64,000 bases of DNA, taken from Candidatus Dojkabacteria bacterium (lineage in GTDB: Bacteria > Patescibacteriota > Dojkabacteria > J137). Shown here one piece after another: positions 25,820 to 33,877 of the stretch. The notes under the pieces are model-generated. The model was not told the DNA's origin and did not search any database. It saw nothing but the letters and a program-made list of their open reading frames with translations. Each line of letters starts with the position of its first letter. Position 1 is the first letter of the stretch. The translations under genes were made by a program, and so were the position numbers. The stretch lies in the NCBI GenBank assembly GCA_040006935.1, contig JBDTVZ010000001.1, positions 103,772 through 167,771 of the forward strand. Direction: 5' to 3'.

Positions 25820-27142
25820 ATGTCAGATTTAATTCCAGAATCTCAAAAAGTCTATATTAAAGACTTAGGTAAATTCGTAGACAAAGATGTTAAGTTAGAA
25901 GCTTGGGTGTATAACTCTCGATCTTCAGGAAAAATTGCATTTCTCCAATTAAGAGATGGGTCAGGTTTTACGCAAGGAATTGTAGAAAAAGCAAAAGTTG
26001 GCGATGAAATTTGGGAAAAAGCAGAAAAAGCTAGTATAGAATCATCTGTATTAATTTCTGGAAGAATTAGTAAGCATCCTAAAAAAGAAGAGTTCGAAAT
26101 CCAAGTTACAGATTTGGAAGTTATAAACTCAAGTTTCGAATACCCTATTGGAAATAAGGAACATGGTCCAGAATTTCTTTTCGAGAATAGAGATTTGTAT
26201 TTAAGATCAAAAACTCCTTGGGCAGTTTTAAGAATTAGAAATCAAGTATTTTTATCTATAACTAACTTCTTTAACGAAGAAGGATTTATCCGATTTGACA
26301 CTCCTATTCTACAAGCTACATCTGCAGAAGATACCTCTCAACTTTTTAGTATGAAGTATTACGAAGATAAAATGTATCTTACTCAATCAGGACAATTATA
26401 TGCAGAAGCTGGAATCATGGGGTTTGGAAAAGTTTACGATTTTGGACCAGTATTTAGAGCAGAAAAAAGTAAGACTAGAAACCATTTATCTGAGTTCTGG
26501 ATGATGGATGCAGAAATGGCATTTTACGAACAACAAATGAATGAGGATTTACAAGAAAGATTAGTGAAAAGAATTTTAAAAGATGCATTAGAAAACTGTA
26601 AAACAGAATTAGAAATTCTAGAAAGAAACACAGAAGTATTAAAAGCTTGTGTAGAAAAACCTTTTCAAAGAATAAAGCATTTTGCTGCTAAACAACTTTT
26701 AGAAAAAGAATATGGAATGACTGTTGATTATGCAGATGATATGACTACTGAAGAAGAAATTAAAATTGGAGATCACTTTGGAGTTCCAACATTTATAGAA
26801 GATTATCCATTCGAAGTAAAGGCTTTCTATATGAAAAGCATTATTGACGAAAGAGGAATGAAGAGAGCAAAATGTGCAGATTTAATTGCACCAGAAGAAG
26901 CGAGAGAAATTATTGGAGGAAGCCAAAGAGAAGATAGTTACGAAGTTTTATTAAACGAACTTAAACAAAGAAACTATCCTGTAGAAGAATACGAATGGTA
27001 TTTGAATGTTAGAAAGTACGGAGGAGTTCCTCACGCTGGATTTGGCATTGGATTAGAAAGAACAGTGAGATGGATTTCTGGAGTACATCATATCAGAGAA
27101 ACTATTCCGTTCCCGAGAACAACAATTTTGACACGACCATAG
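25820..27142 (+). CDS. asnS: asparagine--tRNA ligase
   Basis: 440 aa class IIb aaRS. FRAEKSKTRNHLSEFWMMDAEMAF matches the AsnRS-specific motif (cf. E. coli [21 protein letters not shown]). tRNA-Asn is immediately upstream. Confidence 0.85.
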   Translation: MSDLIPESQKVYIKDLGKFVDKDVKLEAWVYNSRSSGKIAFLQLRDGSGFTQGIVEKAKVGDEIWEKAEKASIESSVLISGRISKHPKKEEFEIQVTDLEVINSSFEYPIGNKEHGPEFLFENRDLYLRSKTPWAVLRIRNQVFLSITNFFNEEGFIRFDTPILQATSAEDTSQLFSMKYYEDKMYLTQSGQLYAEAGIMGFGKVYDFGPVFRAEKSKTRNHLSEFWMMDAEMAFYEQQMNEDLQERLVKRILKDALENCKTELEILERNTEVLKACVEKPFQRIKHFAAKQLLEKEYGMTVDYADDMTTEEEIKIGDHFGVPTFIEDYPFEVKAFYMKSIIDERGMKRAKCADLIAPEEAREIIGGSQREDSYEVLLNELKQRNYPVEEYEWYLNVRKYGGVPHAGFGIGLERTVRWISGVHHIRETIPFPRTTILTRP

Positions 27143-27212
27143 ACCTCACCCGTCTCTCACTACGTTCGAGCCACCCTCTCCATCGAGGATGGAGAGGGGC
27201 TGGGGGTGAGGT
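27142..27212. repeat. family B composite nested hairpin (ACCTCACCC ... CCCTCTCCATC-GAG-GATGGAGAGGG ... GGGGGTGAGGT)
   Basis: Outer inverted repeat ACCTCACCC / GGGTGAGGT and an inner perfect 11-bp hairpin. It starts at the asnS stop codon. Confidence 0.7.
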
Positions 27213-27231
27213 AATTATTATTAAAAATTTT

Positions 27232-28074
27232 ATGAAGATATCGATTCAAGGAAACCTCGGCTCCTATTCACACATCGCGGCCGAATCCATTTTCGGTAAA
27301 GAAATAGAATTAATCGAAAGATCCGAATTTACAGAAGTTTTTGAAGATTTAAAAACCAGCACTGCTGATTACATAGTTGTTCCAATTGAAAATTCAACTC
27401 ACGGTTCTGTTTACCAAAACTACGATAACATTAGTAAATTCGATTTCCCAATCATTGGTGAAGTGTATTTACGAATTAATTTTCATTTAATTGCTCACCC
27501 AGGAACAAATATAAAAGAGATAAAAACTCTTTATTCACATCCTGTTGGTTTAAATCAAATAAAAGAATTTTTAAAAGAAAACAAACAGATTAAAGCAATT
27601 GAATTTGATGATACTGCTGGAAGTGTGAAAATGATTAAGGAAAAAAATTTAAAAGATTCTGCCGCAGCAGCAAGTAAATTAGCAGCCCAGCTTTACGCAA
27701 TGGAAATTTTAGAAGAAAATATTCATGAAAACGAAAAAAACTTCACAAGATTTTTTGTACTTTCAAAAGATGGTAAACTTCCAAAAGAGTTAAAAGATAA
27801 TCGAAACGATAAAACATCTATTCAATTCTTGCTAGGTGATGAACCGGGTTCATTATACAAAGCTTTAAGAACTTTTGCAGATAGAGATATTGCTTTAACA
27901 AAAATTGAAAGTAGGCCAATTTTACATACAGATTGGGAATATAGATTTTATGTAGATGTAACGGCGGGAATTCAAGAAGATAAAATGAAAAATGCATTAT
28001 TTGAATTGAAAAGTTATGTAAAAGAATTTAAGATTTTGGGAAGTTATAAAAAAGGGGAATATATTGAAACTTAA
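27232..28074 (+). CDS. pheA: prephenate dehydratase
   Basis: Start moved to ATG 27232 (MKISIQGNLGSYSHIAAE) because the ORF-track N-terminal extension runs through a GC-rich repeat. PDT domain plus a C-terminal ACT domain. Confidence 0.8.
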   Translation: MKISIQGNLGSYSHIAAESIFGKEIELIERSEFTEVFEDLKTSTADYIVVPIENSTHGSVYQNYDNISKFDFPIIGEVYLRINFHLIAHPGTNIKEIKTLYSHPVGLNQIKEFLKENKQIKAIEFDDTAGSVKMIKEKNLKDSAAAASKLAAQLYAMEILEENIHENEKNFTRFFVLSKDGKLPKELKDNRNDKTSIQFLLGDEPGSLYKALRTFADRDIALTKIESRPILHTDWEYRFYVDVTAGIQEDKMKNALFELKSYVKEFKILGSYKKGEYIET

Positions 28075-28121
28075 CTTTAAATTAAAATAATTAGTATAAT
28101 AAAACCAATTAGATTAAATTA

Positions 28122-29546
28122 ATGAATCATTTAGAAATACCACAAATTACAAATATATCTGAAACAATAGCCAAAATTAAAACTGGAGAAATTTCAGTTT
28201 TAGCCTTAGTACAAGAACACTTAAAAAGAGCTCATGAAGTGCATGATGCAACAAACTCATTCATCACAATCTTAGATGAACAGGCATTAGCAAGAGCTAA
28301 AGAACTTGAAGTAGAAATTCAAAATTCGAAAATCGAAAATCGAAAATTACTTGGCATTCCCTTCACAGTCAAAGATCTTTATCTTGTTGAAGGAACTCGA
28401 ACAACTTTCGCATCCAAATTAATGGAAGATTTTATCGCACCTTATACCTCAACTATTGTTCAAAAATGTTTAGACGAAGGAGCAATTTTAATTGGGAAAT
28501 GTAACTGTGATCCTTGGGGATTCGGAGGAAGTGGAGAAAATTCTGGTTATGGACCAACAAAACATCCATTAGATTTTACAAAAACACCTGGAGGTTCAAG
28601 TTCAGGTTCTGCTGGAAGTTTATTAGCTGGAGTTGGATTTTTCTCATTAGGAACAGACACTGGAGGTTCAGTTAGATTACCTGCATCTTTTTGTGGACTT
28701 TATGGACTAAAACCAACTTATGGAAGAAACTCTAGATATGGAATAGGAGCAATGGGTTCTTCATTTGATACACCGGGATTTTTTACTAGAAATGTAGAAG
28801 ACATGGAATTAGTAGAAGAAATTATTGCTGGAAAAGATATTAACGATGCTACTACTGATGAGATTCCATACTACTCAAAACTTGAAACTAAAAACTCAAA
28901 ACTGACCATTGGAATTCCAAAAGAATATTATGAAGAAGGTTTAAGTCCTGAAATAAAATCTGCAATAGATAAAAAAATTGAAGAATTAAAATCTATGGGA
29001 CACGAAATTAAAGAAGTTTCTATCCCAAGTACAAAATATGCATTACCTGTTTATTATGTTTTGGTTCCTTCCGAAATTTCCTCAAACAGAGCGAGGTACG
29101 ATGGAGTTAGATTTGGTAAAAAAGTAGCAGATAATTATGAAGAAAACTTAATTCAATCCAGAAGTAAATATTTAGAAGATGAAGTAAAAAGAAGAATTAT
29201 GATTGGTACATATTCTTTAAGTAAGGGATACGCAGATCAATTTTATAAACAAGCAAGCAAAGTACGAACAAAATTAAAAAGAGAATTTGATAAAGTGTTT
29301 GAAGAAGTAGATGTATTAATAACTCCAGTTTCCCCTACAACCGCTTTTAAACTTGGCGAGAAATCACAAGATCCTGTTAAAATGTATCTTGTAGATATTT
29401 ATACTGTTACAGCAAATCTAGTGGGAGTTCCATCCTTAGCTGTTCCTATCGGGAAAGATTCTGAAGGCATGCCAATCGGAATGCAAATTACAGGTAAAAA
29501 ATGGGAAGAAGTAGAACTTTTCGGCTTAGCAAAAGAGATTGCTTGA
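28122..29546 (+). CDS. gatA: Asp-tRNA(Asn)/Glu-tRNA(Gln) amidotransferase subunit A (amidase signature family)
   Basis: 474 aa. GIPFTVKDLY...RTT.ASK...GGSSSGSA is the amidase signature, with GatA-like termini. Confidence 0.8.
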   Translation: MNHLEIPQITNISETIAKIKTGEISVLALVQEHLKRAHEVHDATNSFITILDEQALARAKELEVEIQNSKIENRKLLGIPFTVKDLYLVEGTRTTFASKLMEDFIAPYTSTIVQKCLDEGAILIGKCNCDPWGFGGSGENSGYGPTKHPLDFTKTPGGSSSGSAGSLLAGVGFFSLGTDTGGSVRLPASFCGLYGLKPTYGRNSRYGIGAMGSSFDTPGFFTRNVEDMELVEEIIAGKDINDATTDEIPYYSKLETKNSKLTIGIPKEYYEEGLSPEIKSAIDKKIEELKSMGHEIKEVSIPSTKYALPVYYVLVPSEISSNRARYDGVRFGKKVADNYEENLIQSRSKYLEDEVKRRIMIGTYSLSKGYADQFYKQASKVRTKLKREFDKVFEEVDVLITPVSPTTAFKLGEKSQDPVKMYLVDIYTVTANLVGVPSLAVPIGKDSEGMPIGMQITGKKWEEVELFGLAKEIA

Positions 29547-29649
29547 TCCACTCCAATTGACAACACCTGTGAATTCAATTATTCTATATACGTACTATCT
29601 TTACCTATTCATTCGATAACTGTAAAGCACTAACAGATGTCGATAACTA

Positions 29650-30396
29650 ATGGAAATTGGACGCGTAGCAAGACAAAGTAAAATTAAAATAATTAAGGCT
29701 AATTTATCTAAGCCTATTTTATTATTAAAAAGTTACAGAAGTACCAAATTAAAGAAATTGATAATGGTATTGGTAGTTTTCATCTTTTCTTTTTTCAGTT
29801 TAGTAAATATTAAAGGGGTGGTGCAAAATTCCGTAAGTAATTATTATGTAAATGCAGACTCTGCAACCCAAAACCAAGACATTAAACCTCCAGTAATATC
29901 AACAGATGTATCACAAAGTAAGATTTCCGATGCTTTTAGTTCAAATTCGAATGCTACATATATAGATAAACGGGCATATGTTTTAGATAGGTATCTACAA
30001 AGTAATAATTCCCCTCTAGCAGGTTATGGTCAGGTATTTGTTGATTCATGTACAAAATATGGTGCACCTAAAGAGTGTATAACTGTGGTTGCAATAGCCT
30101 ATAATGAAACTCATTTGTGTAAATATCCAGGCTCCGCAGAAATGTTCAATTGTTGGGGTTTTGGAGGTGGTGGTGAAAACAGAATAGCATTTAGTTCCTT
30201 TAATGAATCAATCGATCAGGTTACTAAAATATTAGCAATTCAATATGGATACAAATATATGGAAGATCCAAGTTTAATGGAAGGTACTTTTTGTGGAAAC
30301 GAAGAGGGATGCACAGGTTGGGGAAATAAAATAAAATATTTTATGAAAGATATCCGTAATTACGCTGCTAGCTTAGGTGTTAATATGGCAAATTAA
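29650..30396 (+). CDS. signal-anchored protein, possible glucosaminidase/lysozyme-like cell-wall hydrolase
   Basis: 248 aa. Transmembrane anchor and a domain with AIAYNETHLCKY...NCWGFGG, reminiscent of the ...NNLFGIK motif of mannosyl-glycoprotein endo-beta-N-acetylglucosaminidases. Weak. Confidence 0.35.
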   Translation: MEIGRVARQSKIKIIKANLSKPILLLKSYRSTKLKKLIMVLVVFIFSFFSLVNIKGVVQNSVSNYYVNADSATQNQDIKPPVISTDVSQSKISDAFSSNSNATYIDKRAYVLDRYLQSNNSPLAGYGQVFVDSCTKYGAPKECITVVAIAYNETHLCKYPGSAEMFNCWGFGGGGENRIAFSSFNESIDQVTKILAIQYGYKYMEDPSLMEGTFCGNEEGCTGWGNKIKYFMKDIRNYAASLGVNMAN

Positions 30397-30867
30397 ATGA
30401 ATTTATTAAATATCAAAGAAAATGCTAACCCCCCTGACGACTCTTTTCTGAAGTCGGTATCCAATTACGGTGAAACATCAGGCACTCAATGGAATGGTCA
30501 TAATTTAGTACATAGATATTTAGAAGATAGATTAGGTAATAATACATTCACAATAACTGGATATATCTCATTATATAAAATTTTAAAATCACCCGAAAAG
30601 AGGAGTGATGCTTTAAAATTAATTAAAGATAATGCTCAGATTTTACAGAATTTTCTAATTAGTCTGCCTATAACTATTTTCAGTGAGGAAGATCAAGAAA
30701 CAATAATAGAATTAAAAAATGAATACCTTGAAATATTATTTGTAATTTTACAAATGGACGAAGAAGGTTTATTAACCTACGAGCAGGATATACCAGAAAG
30801 ATTAGAGTGGATAAAGGGAAGAATCTTAGGTACTGAAAACATATACTACGAACAAGATAATTTTTAA
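30397..30867 (+). CDS. hypothetical protein
   Basis: 156-aa ORF that begins 1 nt after the upstream stop. Confidence 0.4.
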   Translation: MNLLNIKENANPPDDSFLKSVSNYGETSGTQWNGHNLVHRYLEDRLGNNTFTITGYISLYKILKSPEKRSDALKLIKDNAQILQNFLISLPITIFSEEDQETIIELKNEYLEILFVILQMDEEGLLTYEQDIPERLEWIKGRILGTENIYYEQDNF

Positions 30868-30884
30868 ATCTTAAGAAAAACTTT

Positions 30885-31310
30885 ATGTCAAAATCTGAGA
30901 TGGCTAACAATCAAAACTACGATTTTGATTCAGAATATAATATTTATATAAATGGAAGAGGGAAAAATCGTGCTAATATGCAGGGATTTTTAGAGGACGT
31001 TATTGCGAATAAATTGGTAAAATTCTCTAAGGTAAATTTTATTGTATCTGGTATGCCTGCTTATACGAATGATTTACCTAAGTTATTACAGGGTTCTTGT
31101 GAGTTTCTTTTAAATTTCTTCCAATTGGTTCCAGGTCAATATATTTCTGAAGACGCAAAAAATTTACTAATTGAAAAAACTCAGAAACTTTTAAATTTAT
31201 CAACAGTTACAAACGAACAAACAACCATAGAGGAATGGGGAGAGATAGATCTACTTGCAAAAGAATTAACAAGTTTTTTCAGAGATGTAATTAAAGATAT
31301 GCAGAATTAA
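30885..31310 (+). CDS. hypothetical protein
   Basis: 141-aa ORF. Confidence 0.4.
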   Translation: MSKSEMANNQNYDFDSEYNIYINGRGKNRANMQGFLEDVIANKLVKFSKVNFIVSGMPAYTNDLPKLLQGSCEFLLNFFQLVPGQYISEDAKNLLIEKTQKLLNLSTVTNEQTTIEEWGEIDLLAKELTSFFRDVIKDMQN

Positions 31311-32626
31311 ACCACTCTCTTCATATTCTTATTACTGTAAATATTTTCGAAGCCAAGCCTCTTGGATTCTTTAATACGTTTATCCTCCAAGAATATTTTT
31401 CTCACTTCTCCAGTTAATCCAACTTCTCCAAAAAATATTGAAGTTTTTGGAATTATTTCGTTTTTAATTGAAGATATTACTGCTTTAATTACAGCTAAAT
31501 CCAAGCCGGAGTCATTTACTTTTATTCCTCCAGTTATATTTACATAAACGTCTAATTCGCCAGTATTTAATTTTAATTTCTTTTCTATTATTGCAAGGAT
31601 TATAAATAATCTATTTAAGTCAAATCCCGATGTTGTTCTTCGAGGATTACTGAAGTAGGATCTGGATGCCAAAGCTTGAACTTCAACTACAACTGGTCTT
31701 GTTCCTTCCATTACCATAGAATAGACAGATCCTGGTGCATCAGATTTATTGGGATCAAAAAGTTCTTTAGTATCCTTTACTTCTGTTAAGCCTTTCTCAC
31801 TCATTCTAAATAAACCAACTTCATCAGTTGGCCCATATCTATTTTTTTCAACTCTTAAAATTCTAAACTCCATCCTTTTATCTCCTTCGAAATAAATTAC
31901 AGTATCCACCATATGTTCTAAAACTTTCGGACCTGCAATATCACCTGCTTTCGTAATATGTCCAATTATAAAAGTTGTAATGCCAAAACCTTTGGCTAAA
32001 TTTGTAATTCTATTTGTACTTTCACTTATTTGAGAAACAGATCCGGATGTAGAAGGTAGGTTGGGATCGTACATCGTTTGAATTGAATCCACAAACATCA
32101 CATCCACTTTATCTAAATTAGAAGCAACATAGCTCTCAACTTCTGCCATGTTGGTTTCTGGAAGAAACGAGACATTTTCATGTTTTAATCCCAGTCTTTT
32201 AACTCTGTGTGCAATTTGATCCGGAGATTCTTCACCACAAATATAAAGTACGTTCAAACCTTTTTGAGAAAAAGCTTCGGTAATTTGTGCAGAAAGAGTA
32301 CTTTTTCCAACTCCAGGTGCTCCTGAAAGGAGTAATACTTGACCCGAAACTAATCTTCCTCCAAGTGCATTATCGAATTCGTGGATACCAGTTACTAGTT
32401 GCCTGTTGCTAGTTCCCTGTTTTTTATCTGAAGATTCTTTACCTAAATCAATAAACCTAATGGGCTTTATACTATTGGAGATACCTGTCTTCCCCTTCCC
32501 CTTACTCTTACCTTTACCCTGAAACCCGGAACTAGCAACCTCAGTAATAGTCCCCCATTGACCACAGCTATCGCAGCGGCCTTGCCATTTAGAATAAGTT
32601 TTTTGACAATTGGAGCAAACAAACAT
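31307..32626 (-). CDS. radA: DNA repair protein RadA/Sms
   Basis: 439 aa. N-terminal C4 zinc finger (CSNCQ...CDSCGQWG). Walker A GAPGVGKST. KNRYG motif. Lon-like C-terminal domain. Confidence 0.9.
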   Translation of the reverse strand: MFVCSNCQKTYSKWQGRCDSCGQWGTITEVASSGFQGKGKSKGKGKTGISNSIKPIRFIDLGKESSDKKQGTSNRQLVTGIHEFDNALGGRLVSGQVLLLSGAPGVGKSTLSAQITEAFSQKGLNVLYICGEESPDQIAHRVKRLGLKHENVSFLPETNMAEVESYVASNLDKVDVMFVDSIQTMYDPNLPSTSGSVSQISESTNRITNLAKGFGITTFIIGHITKAGDIAGPKVLEHMVDTVIYFEGDKRMEFRILRVEKNRYGPTDEVGLFRMSEKGLTEVKDTKELFDPNKSDAPGSVYSMVMEGTRPVVVEVQALASRSYFSNPRRTTSGFDLNRLFIILAIIEKKLKLNTGELDVYVNITGGIKVNDSGLDLAVIKAVISSIKNEIIPKTSIFFGEVGLTGEVRKIFLEDKRIKESKRLGFENIYSNKNMKRVV

Positions 32627-32662
32627 ACTGCAGTTATATCACAAATTTGATAATTTGACTTT

Positions 32663-33256
32663 CTATATTCTATCGAGAGACGAATTTTTACTTAATTTTG
32701 TAATCAGAAGGAAAGCTGCCAAAGAGCCTCCAATATTCATAATCAAATCTTTAATAGTATCTTGGTAAACGTAAGCAGAAGATGAACCCATGGACAACCT
32801 AATAAAATATTCCACAATCTCATTAGCTAAACCTACAAAGTTAATGATAGAAATAAAAGTTATAAAAAAGAAAATGCGAGACTGAGAGTTTCTAAATTCT
32901 TTCTCTAGTAAAAAATATGCAATTACTCCAAAGCTAAATGCCCAGGAAAAGTGTTCAACTCTGTTAAGAGTGTCGTACGAGTTAGGGATAATATTAAGGT
33001 AGTAGATAGCCTTTATTGAAAATTCAAATAAGGGATAAGCTAACATTATAAGTATAGAGAAATTTTTTCTAATATCAAAAGTTTTCTTTTTCAACACAAA
33101 GTAAGTGAGCAGAAGCCAAAGTGAGGATAAAGCTAACCATTGTTTAGAAATAAAGATAGAGGGAATTAATAGCAGTAAGTAAATCAAAACGGCTAGCACT
33201 AAGATTTTTTTATTTGTAATTTTATTCATAATTGTTAAGTGTGAGGTAGGGTACAA
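32663..33256 (-). CDS. VanZ-like family membrane protein
   Basis: 197 aa with 4-5 transmembrane helices. NRVEHFSWAFSFGVIAY and D...NIGGSLAAF resemble VanZ motifs. Confidence 0.4.
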   Translation of the reverse strand: MYPTSHLTIMNKITNKKILVLAVLIYLLLLIPSIFISKQWLALSSLWLLLTYFVLKKKTFDIRKNFSILIMLAYPLFEFSIKAIYYLNIIPNSYDTLNRVEHFSWAFSFGVIAYFLLEKEFRNSQSRIFFFITFISIINFVGLANEIVEYFIRLSMGSSSAYVYQDTIKDLIMNIGGSLAAFLLITKLSKNSSLDRI

Positions 33257-33330
33257 AAACCTGGTAAGTACTATTACAAAGCATAATTTACTGGTAAAAT
33301 CAGTGCATGCTTAATTTTTAAAAGCAAAAT

Positions 33331-33513
33331 ATGGGAAAGGTCGTAATTGGTATAATTGTGGGAATTTTAGTTACACTATGCGTTTGTTCAATGTGCTGCC
33401 TTATGACTTTTGCACTTTTAGCATCTAACGCTGATTTTAGAAGTAGATACTGTGGTGATTATCGTGGAAATCTAAGAAGTACAACGCCTCTTGGTTTGGG
33501 TTGGTGTAAGTAA
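33331..33513 (+). CDS. small Cys-rich membrane peptide (paralog 1)
   Basis: 60 aa. Transmembrane helix with a CVCSMCC cluster, then C-terminal R.RYCGDY...P.GLGWCK. Confidence 0.45.
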   Translation: MGKVVIGIIVGILVTLCVCSMCCLMTFALLASNADFRSRYCGDYRGNLRSTTPLGLGWCK

Positions 33514-33601
33514 AGAAATCTTAGGAGTAGGCGAGTTTTAGATTTTCATAGTCCTGAACGAAGTGCAAGACTTAAATAATCTTAAATATTAAAGAAATCT
33601 T

Positions 33602-33784
33602 ATGATGAAAGTTGGACTTGGAGTTATAGTAGGAGGATTACTTCTAGTATTTCTATGCTTATGCTGCTGCTGCATGAGTATCTTGTTTTTATCTAGAGAT
33701 ACAAGCTTTAGAACTAGTTATTGCACAAGTTATATTAAACAAGGTGGAAAATTAAGTAACGAACCTTTCGGGTGGTGCAGGTAG
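33602..33784 (+). CDS. small Cys-rich membrane peptide (paralog 2)
   Basis: 60 aa. LCLCCCCM transmembrane helix, then C-terminal R.SYCTSY...P.FGWCR. Same length and pattern as paralog 1. Confidence 0.45.
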   Translation: MMKVGLGVIVGGLLLVFLCLCCCCMSILFLSRDTSFRTSYCTSYIKQGGKLSNEPFGWCR

Positions 33785-33877
33785 TGTGCTAATTTTAAGT
33801 AGATTAAAATTAAGAATTAAGAATTAATAGAAGAATCCCAACTATTAATTTTTAATTTATAATTCTTAATTGACATT

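Noticed and set aside
27070-27231. N-terminal 54-codon extension of the pheA ORF as drawn in the ORF track
   Set aside because: The extension is encoded by the family B nested hairpin repeat and overlaps the asnS 3' end. The canonical PheA N-terminus begins at ATG 27232.
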